Notes: generated from the letters alone by a model not told the origin. DNA of 64,000 bases from Clostridia bacterium (GCA_030527235.1 JAUNBL010000005.1:9798-73797); one strand, 5' to 3'. Numbered from the stretch's first letter, positions 1 through 9,098 are shown. Numbers and translations are program-made.

Positions 1-245
1 TTGACTTTGGTAAGCCCGATTTTCTCGGTCTTCCACTCAAACGGCGCCACTGCGCTGTTAATCGAGAACTTTCTCTTGATTTCTTCAGGGTCGTAATCGG
101 TAACGGTCGTTCCTTCGGTCACCTTGCCGAAACGGTCAGACGCTCCCGCGATATGAAGCAGAGCTTCGGCAAGACTCGTCTTTCCGCTTCCGCCGTGACC
201 GAGAAGCACAATGTTGCGAATGTTGTCTCCAGAAAATTTTGCCAT
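1..245 (-). CDS. EF-G-like translational GTPase, N-terminal fragment (gene runs off the window start)
   Basis: Reverse translation from the ATG at 245-243 gives MAKFSGDNIRNIVLLGHGGSGKTSLAEALLHIAG...TDYDPEE. It has a GTPase P-loop and EF-G/EF-G2-like N-terminus. It is absent from the ORF track because the window edge truncates it. Confidence 0.7.
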   Translation of the reverse strand, partial: MAKFSGDNIRNIVLLGHGGSGKTSLAEALLHIAGASDRFGKVTEGTTVTDYDPEEIKRKFSINSAVAPFEWKTEKIGLTKV

Positions 246-387
246 AATTTTTCCCCCAATCGGTATATTTAGTTACTGTTTTTATTTATTCGTCAAAACT
301 TCGTTCTTTCCTCCAAAGGTTTTCATAAAAACTGCACAAATGTTTTGTCTGATTTATGTACACTATAGACAAACGGCAAAAATTAGC

Positions 388-416
388 TTGACATTTTCGT
401 TTTCGGCAGTTATAAT
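388..416 (+). promoter_or_regulatory. Sigma-A-type promoter of the rpsF-ssb-rpsR operon
   Basis: TTGACA (388-393), 17-nt spacer, TATAAT (411-416). Both hexamers match consensus and lie about 70 nt upstream of the rpsF start. Confidence 0.6.
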
Positions 417-435
417 ATTTTAGTATCAAATCCTT

Positions 436-456
436 GCCACGTTTTCACAGCGTGGC
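436..456 (+). promoter_or_regulatory. Hairpin in the rpsF 5' leader (possible S6:S18 autoregulatory leader)
   Basis: GCCACG (436-441) pairs with CGTGGC (451-456) around a 9-nt loop, just upstream of the AGGAGG RBS. An rpsF leader motif bound by S6:S18 is described in Firmicutes; identity is not verified here. Confidence 0.3.
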
Positions 457-483
457 CATATGTCCGAAAGGAGGTGTCGAAGA

Positions 484-780
484 ATGGCGGAAATCATCAA
501 CAAGTATGAAACCATCTATATTCTCGACGCGGCATTGGAGGAAGAGAAACTTGCGGCCTTGTCCAAAAAGTTTCAGGACCTTATTGCTGCGAACGGGACG
601 GTGGAGAGCGTTGAGGAATGGGGCAACAGAAAGCTCGCTTATCCCATCGACTACAAAACCGAAGGTTTCTACACGCTTGTAAAGTTTTCTTCCGCTCCCG
701 AATTCCCCAAAGAGCTTGAGAGAATATACGGGATTACGGACGGCGTTATCAGAACCCTTGTTATCAGAGCCGAAGATTAA
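484..780 (+). CDS. rpsF: 30S ribosomal protein S6
   Basis: MAEIINKYETIYILD...WGNRKLAYPI is S6-like. I chose the ATG at 484, which follows AGGAGG, over the ORF-track start at 460. Sits in rpsF-ssb-rpsR synteny. Confidence 0.9.
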   Translation: MAEIINKYETIYILDAALEEEKLAALSKKFQDLIAANGTVESVEEWGNRKLAYPIDYKTEGFYTLVKFSSAPEFPKELERIYGITDGVIRTLVIRAED

Positions 781-792
781 GGAGTGGTACAG

Positions 793-1242
793 ATGCTCAA
801 CAAAGTAATACTTATGGGTCGTTTCACCAAGGACCCGGAGCTTAGAAGTACGCCTCAGGGCGTGAGCACCGTTTCTTTCACAATAGCATGTGACCGCAAT
901 TTTCAAAAAGCCGGCACGGAGAAACAGGCTGACTTTATCGGCTGCGTTGCATGGCGGCAGACGGCGGAGTTTATTTCTAAGTACTTCAAAAAAGGAAGTA
1001 TGATTGCCGTTGAGGGAAGTATTCAAACCAGAAACTGGGATGACAATGAGGGCAAAAGGCATTACGTCACCGAAGTTGTGGTAGACAGGGCGCATTTTGC
1101 GGAGAGCAAGCGGGATTCCGCTTCCGGCGGCTCGCCTTACGGCGATGCTATGCCGAATTACGGCGGGTCTCAGGAGCCGTCATACGGCGATTTGCCGACT
1201 CCGGTCGCTCCTATTGCCACAGAGGACGATTTACCGTTTTGA
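793..1242 (+). CDS. ssb: Single-stranded DNA-binding protein
   Basis: MLNKVILMGRFTKDPELR forms an OB-fold N-terminus, followed by a Gly/Pro/Ser-rich linker and the acidic tail EDDLPF. The ATG at 793 is preceded by AAGGAG. Confidence 0.9.
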   Translation: MLNKVILMGRFTKDPELRSTPQGVSTVSFTIACDRNFQKAGTEKQADFIGCVAWRQTAEFISKYFKKGSMIAVEGSIQTRNWDDNEGKRHYVTEVVVDRAHFAESKRDSASGGSPYGDAMPNYGGSQEPSYGDLPTPVAPIATEDDLPF

Positions 1243-1268
1243 GGAATTCGATAGGAGGTTAGATTATC

Positions 1269-1520
1269 ATGATGGACAGAGAAAAGAGTGACAGACCGTT
1301 TCGTCCGCGTAAGGCGAAGAAAAAGGTTTGCGCATTCTGTGTTGACAAGGTAGAGCACATTGACTATAAAGATGTCGCCAAGCTCCGCCGTTTCGTTTCC
1401 GAAAGAGCTAAAATTCTTCCCAGAAGAATTACGGGCACCTGTGCGAAACATCAGCGCCAGCTCACAACCGCAATCAAGAGAGCGCGCCATATCGCGCTGC
1501 TTCCCTTCTCTGCGGAATAA
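1269..1520 (+). CDS. rpsR: 30S ribosomal protein S18
   Basis: RKKVCAFC...IDYKD...[27 protein letters not shown] is a canonical S18 sequence. Confidence 0.95.
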   Translation: MMDREKSDRPFRPRKAKKKVCAFCVDKVEHIDYKDVAKLRRFVSERAKILPRRITGTCAKHQRQLTTAIKRARHIALLPFSAE

Positions 1521-1530
1521 GAAGCAATCA

Positions 1531-1565
1531 AAGGGATGCGTGTTGCGCGTCCCTTTTCATTTTTG
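1531..1565 (+). terminator. Intrinsic terminator after rpsR
   Basis: AAGGGATGCG / CGCGTCCCTT stem (one G-U pair), followed by TTTCATTTTT. Confidence 0.55.
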
Positions 1566-1569
1566 AGGT

Positions 1570-4041
1570 GTGAAAATGGAGAAGCTTATCATTATCGACG
1601 GCAACAGTATTATAAACCGCGCTTATTACGGCGTTCGGCCTCTTTCCACACACAGCGGAATTCCGACAAATGCCGTTTTCGGGTTTATGAATATACTGCT
1701 GAAATATCTGACCGACATTGAACCGGACTATGTCATTGTGGCTTTTGACCTGCCCGCCCCGACGTTTCGGCACAAAAAATACGCGTCCTACAAAGCGCAG
1801 CGCAAGGGTATGCCGGACGATTTGGCGCAGCAGCTGCCGCATTTGAAAGATGTCCTTGACGCGATGAATATTTTGCGCATAGAGCGCGAGGGTTATGAAG
1901 CCGACGATATTATAGGCACGGTTGCGAAAATGTGCTCCGAAAACGGAGTATGGTGCGGTATTATAACAGGCGACCGGGACGATTTGCAGCTTGCGGCGGA
2001 CAACGTGTGCGTTTTGCTCACTGCCACCCGCGCGGGGCAGACTGTCACCGAGGAGCTGGACCGAAACGGCGTTATCGAAAAATACGGCGTCACGCCGGAG
2101 GAATATTTGCAAACAAAGGGACTGATGGGCGATGCTTCCGACAATATACCGGGTGTTGCCGGAATCGGCGAAAAAACTGCATTTTCACTGATACGGGAAT
2201 ACCATTCGATAGAGAATGTCTATGCGAATCTGGATAACCTGACAGCCAGCGTGCGCACGAAGCTTGAAAACGGACGCGACGAGGCGTTTTTAAGTCTTGA
2301 GCTTGCCACGATTGACTGCGGGATTCCGCTTGGAATTTCCATGGCGGATGCCGCGCGGCGCGAATATGACGCGAAGAGGCTGTTTGATAAGCTTACGCTG
2401 CTCGAACAGAAAAAGATTATAGAGCGGCTGAATCTCACACTGCCGACGCCCACTGTGCAGCGTGCCGTACCTTCTGACGGAAAGGACGCGCTGAAAGCCA
2501 TAGCGGACACTTTTGAATTCATTTTAGACGGCAGTGTTATTTTTTGGCACGGAGGCTGCTTTGAGGCGGACGCGGAAAGCTGCAAAGCAATATTTGAAAA
2601 TAAGGACATCCGCAAAATAACGCACGATTACAAGAGCGTATGTCACACGCTCGCCCAAAACGGCATTGAGCTGCGCGGCGAATATTTTGATACTTTGCTT
2701 GCGGCGTATGTGCTCGACCCCACCCGCCAGCGCTATGACTTTTATGAGCTATGTGCATCACAAGGCGCGCAGTCGCCAAAAGAGCTCTCTCTCCGGCAGC
2801 TTGAGCGCATTAACGAGCTTGGTCAGCACGATTTGCTTTACGATATAGAGTTTCCTCTTGCGAGAGTTCTCTACAATATGGAAATGCGCGGATTTTGCGT
2901 TGACAAAGCTGAGCTTGAGCGCTTCGGAACGCTCCTGGGTGAAAGAATAGACGCGCTTGTCAAGCAGATAAGAATGCTGACGCTTTCCGACATAAATCTC
3001 AACTCCACCAAGCAGCTGGGTAAGCTCCTTTTTGAGGATTTGGGGCTTCCTGCCATAAAGAAAACAAAGACCGGCTACTGCACAGATAACACGGTTCTGG
3101 AGAAGCTGCGCGGAAAACACCCCGTTATTGAGCTTTTAATGGAGTACCGCCATATTTCCAAGCTGAAATCCACGTATACAGATTCGCTCCCCCCCTTGAT
3201 TGACGAAAACGGGCGCATACACTCCTCTCTTAATCAGACCGTGACGGCAACAGGGCGCATAAGCTCCTCAGAGCCCAATTTGCAGAATATTCCCGTACGC
3301 ACGCCGCTCGGGAGTGAGCTTCGTAAAATGTTTACCGCCGCTGAGGACAGCGTACTTGTCGGAGCTGACTACTCGCAGATAGAGCTGCGCTTGCTGGCGC
3401 ACCTCTCAAATGACGCTGTGATGATAGAGGCTTTTGAAAACGATGCTGACATACACACGCTAACCGCAGCAGGGGTGTGGAACGTGCCGGAGTTTTTGGT
3501 TACAAGTGAAATGCGCTCGCGCGCAAAAACTATAAACTTCGGCGTTATATACGGCCAGGGCGAGTTCTCGCTGGCGCAGGAGCTGCACATCACAAGGCGC
3601 GAAGCCAAGGAATATATAGAGAATTATTTCAAGCGTTACGACGGCGTTCGCCGTTACATGGAGGAGACCATAGAGAAAGCAAAGCACGATGGGTATGTGG
3701 AAACGATATTTCACCGCCGCCGCCACCTTCCTGAGCTTACGGCCGCAAACTTTAATCTGCGTTCTTTCGGTGAGCGCGTTGCCCGCAACACCCCAATACA
3801 GGGGAGCGCGGCTGATATTATCAAAATCGCGATGGTTAACACGGAGAAAGCTCTCGCCCGCGAATGCGCCGAGGCGAGGCTCATTATGCAGGTACACGAT
3901 GAGCTTATAGTCGAAGCGCCAAAGGATAAAGCGCCGGCGGCCGCCGACATACTGCGCCGCGAGATGGAAAATGCGGCCAAGCTGCGTGTGCCGCTCAAGG
4001 CGGATGTCAAAATAGGTCGTAGCTGGTACGACACAAAATAA
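1570..4041 (+). CDS. polA: DNA polymerase I (5' nuclease plus a Klenow-like polymerase whose 3'-5' exo-like region looks degenerate)
   Basis: The N-terminus is FEN-like (LIIIDGNS, GDRDDLQL, GVAGIGEKTA). Pol A motifs are DYSQIELR, RSRAKTINFGVIYG and QVHDEL. I saw no clear DxE ExoI motif in the middle domain. Confidence 0.95.
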   Translation: MKMEKLIIIDGNSIINRAYYGVRPLSTHSGIPTNAVFGFMNILLKYLTDIEPDYVIVAFDLPAPTFRHKKYASYKAQRKGMPDDLAQQLPHLKDVLDAMNILRIEREGYEADDIIGTVAKMCSENGVWCGIITGDRDDLQLAADNVCVLLTATRAGQTVTEELDRNGVIEKYGVTPEEYLQTKGLMGDASDNIPGVAGIGEKTAFSLIREYHSIENVYANLDNLTASVRTKLENGRDEAFLSLELATIDCGIPLGISMADAARREYDAKRLFDKLTLLEQKKIIERLNLTLPTPTVQRAVPSDGKDALKAIADTFEFILDGSVIFWHGGCFEADAESCKAIFENKDIRKITHDYKSVCHTLAQNGIELRGEYFDTLLAAYVLDPTRQRYDFYELCASQGAQSPKELSLRQLERINELGQHDLLYDIEFPLARVLYNMEMRGFCVDKAELERFGTLLGERIDALVKQIRMLTLSDINLNSTKQLGKLLFEDLGLPAIKKTKTGYCTDNTVLEKLRGKHPVIELLMEYRHISKLKSTYTDSLPPLIDENGRIHSSLNQTVTATGRISSSEPNLQNIPVRTPLGSELRKMFTAAEDSVLVGADYSQIELRLLAHLSNDAVMIEAFENDADIHTLTAAGVWNVPEFLVTSEMRSRAKTINFGVIYGQGEFSLAQELHITRREAKEYIENYFKRYDGVRRYMEETIEKAKHDGYVETIFHRRRHLPELTAANFNLRSFGERVARNTPIQGSAADIIKIAMVNTEKALARECAEARLIMQVHDELIVEAPKDKAPAAADILRREMENAAKLRVPLKADVKIGRSWYDTK

Positions 4042-4067
4042 CCCTTACGGGTATTGTGGTGATTAAT

Positions 4068-4658
4068 ATGGACAAGCTTATACTCGGCGTGACCGGCGGA
4101 AGCGGAAGCGGGAAATCGCAGGTTTGCAGTCTGTTTTCCTCAATGGGCGCGCAAATTGTGGATGCGGACGCCATCGCGCACAGCATTACCGACCGCGATG
4201 ACGTGCACGGTGAGCTGCGCGTGGAGTTTGGGAGCGGCATCTTTAACCCCGACGGCACGTTAAATCGCCGCGCTCTCGGCAAAATTGTGTTCTCCGATGA
4301 AAAAGAGCTTCATATACTTAACATGATAACGCACTACCGTATAAGAGAGGCTATAGAGACCGCAGTGCGCGAATCTTGCTCGAACTTCGTTGTTATTGAC
4401 GCGGCGCTGCTTGTAGAGGCTAAGCTTGATACGCTTTGCACATTTGTTATCGCTGTAGTGTCGCCGAGAGCGATGCGCCTTCAGCGCATTATGGAGCGCG
4501 ACCATATCCCCTACGATGACGCTCTTGCGCGTATCAACTCCCAAAAACATGACTGCGAGTACGCCGCTCAGTCGGATTTTGTGATAATCAATAATGGAGG
4601 AGTCGAGGAATTGAACCGCCGTGTGATAGAGATATTTCAGACTATCCGCGACAGATGA
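4068..4658 (+). CDS. coaE: Dephospho-CoA kinase
   Basis: MDKLILGVTGGSGSGKS provides the P-loop, and the gene follows polA as in Bacillus. I preferred the ATG at 4068 (GGTGA 5 nt upstream) to the GTG at 4056. Confidence 0.85.
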   Translation: MDKLILGVTGGSGSGKSQVCSLFSSMGAQIVDADAIAHSITDRDDVHGELRVEFGSGIFNPDGTLNRRALGKIVFSDEKELHILNMITHYRIREAIETAVRESCSNFVVIDAALLVEAKLDTLCTFVIAVVSPRAMRLQRIMERDHIPYDDALARINSQKHDCEYAAQSDFVIINNGGVEELNRRVIEIFQTIRDR

Positions 4659-4723
4659 TTGGCAAGAGTCTGCAATCGCGAAGAAAGGACGCTTTCACAT
4701 TTTGAAAGCCGTGGTCATTATTT

Positions 4724-5254
4724 ATGAGAGGTTTTCTGAAAACTACAGCCGTTATCATCATTCTTGTCTTGGCAATATGCTTTATATATTCGCTGTTCCC
4801 CCTCTCCTATGCCGACATAATCGTACGCGAAGCTGAGGCAAACGGCATAGACGCACACCTTATCTGCGCCCTGATTAAAGCTGAAAGCGGATTTGACAAT
4901 TCCGCTGTTTCCGGAGCCGGCGCAAAGGGGCTTATGCAGCTGACCGATGAAACAGCAGCCGAATGCGCAAGAGAGTTAGGCGCGGCAGAGTACGATGTTT
5001 TTAACCCCGCCGACAATATCCGTTTCGGGACATACTATATAAAAAAGCTTCTCGATATGTATAAAGGGGACACAGAGTGCGCACTCGCCGCTTACAACGC
5101 CGGATATGGCAACGTGAACAAGTGGCTCTCTGACGCTTCTTATTCATCCGATGGTGTTAAGCTTGAAAAAATCCCCTTTGCCGAAACAAGCGCACACACC
5201 GACAAGGTTCTCAGATATGTTTTATTTTACCGCTACTTATATCCCAATTTGTAA
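4724..5254 (+). CDS. Lytic transglycosylase (SLT domain) with N-terminal membrane anchor
   Basis: N-terminal TM helix, then the SLT motifs AESGFD...GLMQL...AYNAGYGNV. Confidence 0.8.
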   Translation: MRGFLKTTAVIIILVLAICFIYSLFPLSYADIIVREAEANGIDAHLICALIKAESGFDNSAVSGAGAKGLMQLTDETAAECARELGAAEYDVFNPADNIRFGTYYIKKLLDMYKGDTECALAAYNAGYGNVNKWLSDASYSSDGVKLEKIPFAETSAHTDKVLRYVLFYRYLYPNL

Positions 5255-5259
5255 AATGA

Positions 5260-5285
5260 CCCGCGAGCAGCGCTCGCGGGCTTTT
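5260..5285. terminator. Hairpin between convergent genes (bidirectional terminator)
   Basis: CCCGCGAG / CTCGCGGG stem followed by CTTTTG. It lies between the stops of the SLT gene (+) and the 102-aa gene (-). Confidence 0.55.
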
Positions 5286-5286
5286 G

Positions 5287-5595
5287 TCAGCTTATTTGTA
5301 TCAAATGGTCGCGTATCATCGTAAGCTCGTTTTTGGCGGCAATTATACACGCCTCAAGCTGCTCGTTATATTCGTTTTGCTCTATTGCCTCGCTTATCGT
5401 TGCCAGTGCGTTATATACGGCCGGCTCATAGTACTCAGAGCCCCATTCGTCCTGCGCCTGGTGGCGTGCGCCGAGGGCCAGTTTTGCCTTGTTCAAAAAT
5501 TCAATCGCGTTCTTGTCATTTGCACGAAACGCCGCCAAGACGCGGCAAAGTGAGTCTATATGCCCGTCTAAAAGGGCAATGTAATTAGTTTTCAT
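5287..5595 (-). CDS. Hypothetical 102-aa protein (probably helical by composition), third gene of the dnaD-like/dnaI operon
   Basis: The ATG at 5595 is preceded by GGAGG and lies 13 nt after the dnaI-like stop. I recognised no family. Confidence 0.55.
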   Translation of the reverse strand: MKTNYIALLDGHIDSLCRVLAAFRANDKNAIEFLNKAKLALGARHQAQDEWGSEYYEPAVYNALATISEAIEQNEYNEQLEACIIAAKNELTMIRDHLIQIS

Positions 5596-5608
5596 TGAAA
5601 GACCTCCG

Positions 5609-6601
5609 TTAATGATTTTCCTCTTTTATCTTCTGGCGTATGTCCTCACCGAAAAACTCAATTGCCGTAAAGCTGCCTATAAGCCGTGAGACTATTCTCT
5701 CTGAGTATATTTTTGGTATCTCGGCGTAGGACAGATTTGAAGAAAATACCATCTTTTTTTCAGAAAGCAGCCTTGTGTTTATAATGCGGAAAAACTCTGC
5801 CGACGTAAACGGCGTCACAAATTCCGCACCCACATCGTCCAGCACCAGCAGTTCACAATCCGCCGCATGCTTTGCCAAATAACGCGAGCGTTCCGAAATA
5901 TCACGGCAAAAGTGAATATCCTCAAGGATTGGGAAAAGCACATTCGCGCTTATGTAGACAACATCTCTGCCCGCCGCGGTCAGCGAAGACGCTATCGCGC
6001 TGGAGATAAATGTCTTGCCCAGTCCGCTCGGGCCGTAGAGCCATAAGTTCTCGTTTGAAACATCAAATTTTTTTACAAAGTCCATCGCCGCCGCCTTTAT
6101 GCTGCGTGCGTTATCACGCGGCGAGATGCCTTTTTGCGGATTTATCTCACGGTCATAATAGGTAAGATTGAAATTCTCGAATGTTTGGGAGCGCAAAATC
6201 TTGGTCAGGTTAGCGCCGCGGAGCGCCGATTCCGTAACCGCCTTAACAACGCACGTACAGCGTTTGCCGTCTTTGGTGTACCCTGTATCGGAGCATTTGC
6301 CGCACACAAATTTAGGCTCTAAAAAATCCGGCGAGAATCCGTTTTCTTCCAAAAGCTTTGCACGCTCCGCGCAGAAGGCACGGTTCTGCTTCATAATACG
6401 CTCCGCCGCCTCTTCGGGAGACACGTTATCTTCCGCAACGGCGCTGAGCATCTTCATCCCCGTGGCATCAAGCTGTTTTTCTATTTCTGCAATCCGCGGC
6501 ACAAGGCGGCATACTTCCGCCTTGCGCGCAGATATAAGTGCCGCCCGTTTTGCCCGCCGCGTATCCAGCATATCTCTTGCATCGGCATAAAAATCAGCCA
6601 C
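5609..6601 (-). CDS. dnaI: DnaI/DnaC-type helicase loader ATPase
   Basis: Walker A is LYGPSGLGKT and Walker B is LLVLDD, with an N-terminal Cys-rich region (CGKCSDTGY...CTC). The GTG start at 6601 overlaps the upstream gene by 8 nt and has GGGGAGG upstream. Confidence 0.8.
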   Translation of the reverse strand: MADFYADARDMLDTRRAKRAALISARKAEVCRLVPRIAEIEKQLDATGMKMLSAVAEDNVSPEEAAERIMKQNRAFCAERAKLLEENGFSPDFLEPKFVCGKCSDTGYTKDGKRCTCVVKAVTESALRGANLTKILRSQTFENFNLTYYDREINPQKGISPRDNARSIKAAAMDFVKKFDVSNENLWLYGPSGLGKTFISSAIASSLTAAGRDVVYISANVLFPILEDIHFCRDISERSRYLAKHAADCELLVLDDVGAEFVTPFTSAEFFRIINTRLLSEKKMVFSSNLSYAEIPKIYSERIVSRLIGSFTAIEFFGEDIRQKIKEENH

Positions 6602-7583
6602 CGCTCTCTACCTCCCCGCCATATTTGGCGATTCGTCTTTGCAGCTCTTTTCTTGCTATATCTTCAAAATCATATGTATTGTTTGCGCCTTGTGTTCTTG
6701 TTTTTGGCAAGCCTTCTTCAGCGCTTTTAAGCGCCGCGGGGCTCTTTATTCCCTTTGAGCTCCATGCGGCAAGGATTTTTCCCATATAAGCAAATGATAG
6801 CTTGCCGGTGTTATGCGTAGTTCGCGAATACGCTTCCTTTATCATAGTTTCGCTCATTCCCCAATTCGTTGTCCAGTTTATTATATGCGCTACCTCCGCA
6901 TCGGAAAAGGCGCGTTCAAGTCCGAATATCTTCTTGCAGCGATTGACGGCGCTGCGCTCCTTTGCACGGCGTTTCAAAAGCTTTTCCGCCGCTTCAACGG
7001 TGGTTATTCCCTCGTCCGACCAGCTTTGAGCCACTTTCTCTATATAAGAAAAGTTCTTTATCTTATCTTCACAAGCGCAGTGTTCAAGCAGCATAAGCAC
7101 AACCTCTTTCGGCAGAGAGTACCAATCCATAAACGAAAAAAGCGTATTTATCTCTTTTTGCGAAAGCGGTTTTTTCAGCAGCGACTCCGCCATGGTTATC
7201 ATGGTTTTCAAATCAGCGTCAACGCTCATGCGGTTTGAGATTTCTGTCATCGAAAGCGCTTCGCGCTTCGGTTCAATCTCCCCGCTCCTGGAATCGTCCC
7301 GTACAGGCGCGGCTTTTGAGTCCGTAAAAGTCACGTTGCCGGCCGCATCAATGGACACTAAGCCCGCTTTCTTCCAGTATCGCCATGCTTTTACCACATC
7401 GGACTCTAAAATGTCAAGCTGAGCCGCTATATGCGCATTGTCCGCTTCCTGCGAATTTCGGGCACACAAAGCGAGCGCGTATATGTACACCATCACGTGC
7501 GTGTGGTTCGCTTTCGGCATATAGTTCAGTACAAAATCCGCCGACAGCGCAATCTTGGGATTAGGGTTGTGAAATGTTGCCAT
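6594..7583 (-). CDS. Replication initiation/membrane attachment protein (DnaD/DnaB_2 domain, two C-terminal copies)
   Basis: Two DnaD-type repeats are visible (FSFMDWYSLPKEVVLMLLEHC... and IINWTTNWGMSETMIKEAYSRT...). It sits directly upstream of the dnaI-like gene, as dnaB-dnaI does in B. subtilis. I set the start at MATFHNP (7583), not the ORF-track 7652. Confidence 0.7.
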   Translation of the reverse strand: MATFHNPNPKIALSADFVLNYMPKANHTHVMVYIYALALCARNSQEADNAHIAAQLDILESDVVKAWRYWKKAGLVSIDAAGNVTFTDSKAAPVRDDSRSGEIEPKREALSMTEISNRMSVDADLKTMITMAESLLKKPLSQKEINTLFSFMDWYSLPKEVVLMLLEHCACEDKIKNFSYIEKVAQSWSDEGITTVEAAEKLLKRRAKERSAVNRCKKIFGLERAFSDAEVAHIINWTTNWGMSETMIKEAYSRTTHNTGKLSFAYMGKILAAWSSKGIKSPAALKSAEEGLPKTRTQGANNTYDFEDIARKELQRRIAKYGGEVESGG

Positions 7584-7683
7584 AAAATCATTCCTAAAAC
7601 ATTTGTAGTGTAGACAAAAGATATTATAACACATATCGTTATAATGTGCCAAAAAAAATTTAATAAAAACGCAAATTTTTTAT

Positions 7684-7712
7684 TTGCATTTTCATTAAAA
7701 GTGTGTTAGAAT
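7684..7712 (+). promoter_or_regulatory. Promoter of tRNA-Arg
   Basis: TTGCAT, 17-nt spacer, then TGT-TAGAAT (extended -10). The hexamer ends 20 nt upstream of the tRNA 5' end. Confidence 0.5.
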
Positions 7713-7732
7713 ATTTCAGTGTGATAAAAAAT

Positions 7733-7809
7733 GTGCTTGTAGCTCAGTTGGATAGAGTATTTGGCTACGAACCAAAGGGTCGGGGGTTCGAATCCCTCCA
7801 AGCACGCCA
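7733..7809 (+). tRNA. tRNA-Arg (anticodon ACG), CCA encoded
   Basis: I folded a cloverleaf by hand: a 7-bp acceptor stem (GTGCTTG/CAAGCAC), D-arm GCTC/GAGT, anticodon loop CTACGAA, and T-arm GGGGG-TTCGAAT-CCCTC. It closely resembles E. coli tRNA-Arg(ACG). Confidence 0.95.
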
Positions 7810-7866
7810 CGTCGCAGCGGACTTCGCTGTTATCGAAATGCCCGCTCAAAAGAGTGGGCATTTCTC

Positions 7867-7994
7867 ATGCGCTCCGTCGCTGCTCCTCTTTCGCAAAAAG
7901 GCTCGCTCACATCGCCTGTTCGGTTGTAGGTGCCCTCACGACGGCGCACTGTCGCTACCACCTTTTTGCGATTTACGCCTGCGGCGCAGTGCAT
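7867..7994. repeat. About 128-bp GC-rich imperfect palindrome (long hairpin) downstream of the tRNA
   Basis: ATGCGCTCCGTCGC (7867-7880) pairs with GCGGCGCAGTGCAT (7981-7994) at 13 of 14 positions including wobbles. TCGCAAAAAGG (7891-7901) pairs perfectly with CCTTTTTGCGA (7961-7971). No credible ORF is present. Confidence 0.4.
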
Positions 7995-8018
7995 CTATAT
8001 CGTTCACTTCGTCCATGA

Positions 8019-8060
8019 CAGAACCGTAATTTTGATAAAAAATTGTGGTTCTGTTTTTTT
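8019..8060 (+). terminator. Strong intrinsic terminator (plus strand)
   Basis: A 15-bp stem, CAGAACCGTAATTTT / AAAATTGTGGTTCTG (two G-U pairs), followed by T7. Confidence 0.6.
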
Positions 8061-8111
8061 GCCCGAAAGCCCTGTTTTCAAAGGATTTCACGGCTTTACA
8101 GCATAATAACC

Positions 8112-8150
8112 AAACCGCGCCGAGGCAATTTTCGGCGCGGTTTTTAGTTT
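8112..8150 (+). terminator. Second intrinsic terminator (plus strand)
   Basis: Stem AAACCGCGCCGA / TCGGCGCGGTTT followed by a T-rich run (TTTTTAGTTTTTT). Confidence 0.6.
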
Positions 8151-8633
8151 TTTCGTTTTTTCGACTCGGAGTAAAAGTTTTCTTATGGGATAATTGTTTT
8201 TTATGGAGGTGTCTTCGATAACTAAAACAACTTTGTTGTGATTATATTTTTTGAAATGCTCATGCAGAACACCATATCAGACAATTCCGCGTTATATCTA
8301 CCGAAATACTGTCGGTTAAGCCGCTTCTCGGACGGATACTGTAAGCCTGTCCTTGCGCCACATCTCGCTCACGTAGCCTCAGCCGCGAAAATGTTCCAAA
8401 AGTGCAACCGCTTCTGTCAGCTGTTTATGTTCCTTTTTTGTTACATTATACTGTGTTGTGATATTAATATACATACCGCCTTTTGTATATTGTATATTAA
8501 CTCCGATGTAGGGAAATAGTAAGCGATTTGTGGGAGTATATGCTATGAATGTGTGGTAATTGCACTTGTCCATACCTTGTGGAAACACTTTAGCGTTGCA
8601 GAAAATACTAAAAATATAAGACCAAATATGTAT

Positions 8634-9098
8634 TTAACGTTTCGGATATCTTAATTGTAAAATGATATTTTTTCCCTGCTCATTATGTTCCGCTATTGTT
8701 TTGCTTAATTTTGCGACCTGTTTTGTTTCAAATGTTTTTTCTTTGTATCCTGCAAATATGTATTCATGCCAGTAAAAACTCGCATCTGATTTCTCGAACG
8801 AGTATTGCTCGACTAATTTTTCCAACTCAGCACTTTCAAAACCTGTTTTTCTAATATACAAGTTGCATATCGCTGCTTTGCTTGAATTGAAAATGCGGAG
8901 TGATTTCATTTCCTCTTCAATATAATGGTGGTAATCAACAATAGTAATAACGTTTTCAGGAAGAATAAAAAGTACTACTTCCCAGTATTGCTGAAATATA
9001 TTAAACGACAGATCCTTTTTTGTAGCAAATAGTGCTAAAAAGATAACAATTATTAGCACAATTGCTCCGAAGTATAGTGAAATTACGTTGAGAGTCAT
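8634..9098 (-). CDS. Hypothetical membrane-anchored protein (154 aa), AT-rich
   Basis: It has one N-terminal TM helix (ISLYFGAIVLIIVIFLALFA). GAGGAG precedes the ATG. It lies 82 nt downstream of the giant SLH gene. No family recognised. Confidence 0.5.
   Translation of the reverse strand: MTLNVISLYFGAIVLIIVIFLALFATKKDLSFNIFQQYWEVVLFILPENVITIVDYHHYIEEEMKSLRIFNSSKAAICNLYIRKTGFESAELEKLVEQYSFEKSDASFYWHEYIFAGYKEKTFETKQVAKLSKTIAEHNEQGKNIILQLRYPKR

Noticed and set aside
2440-2960. Missing DxE ExoI motif in the polA middle domain, considered as a novelty
   Set aside because: Inactive 3'-5' exonuclease domains are common in Firmicutes and Thermus-type Pol I, so this is not unusual.
7703-8029. Plus-strand ORFs (108 aa and 85 aa) spanning the tRNA-Arg gene
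   Set aside because: They read through a tRNA and a palindromic non-coding element. They have no RBS and a non-protein-like sequence.
8238-8588. Short ORFs (93 aa plus strand, 69 aa minus strand) at the island border, considered as possible integrase or transposase remnants
   Set aside because: I recognised no recombinase, transposase or toxin motifs and no RBS. I cannot support a pseudogene call without a database search.
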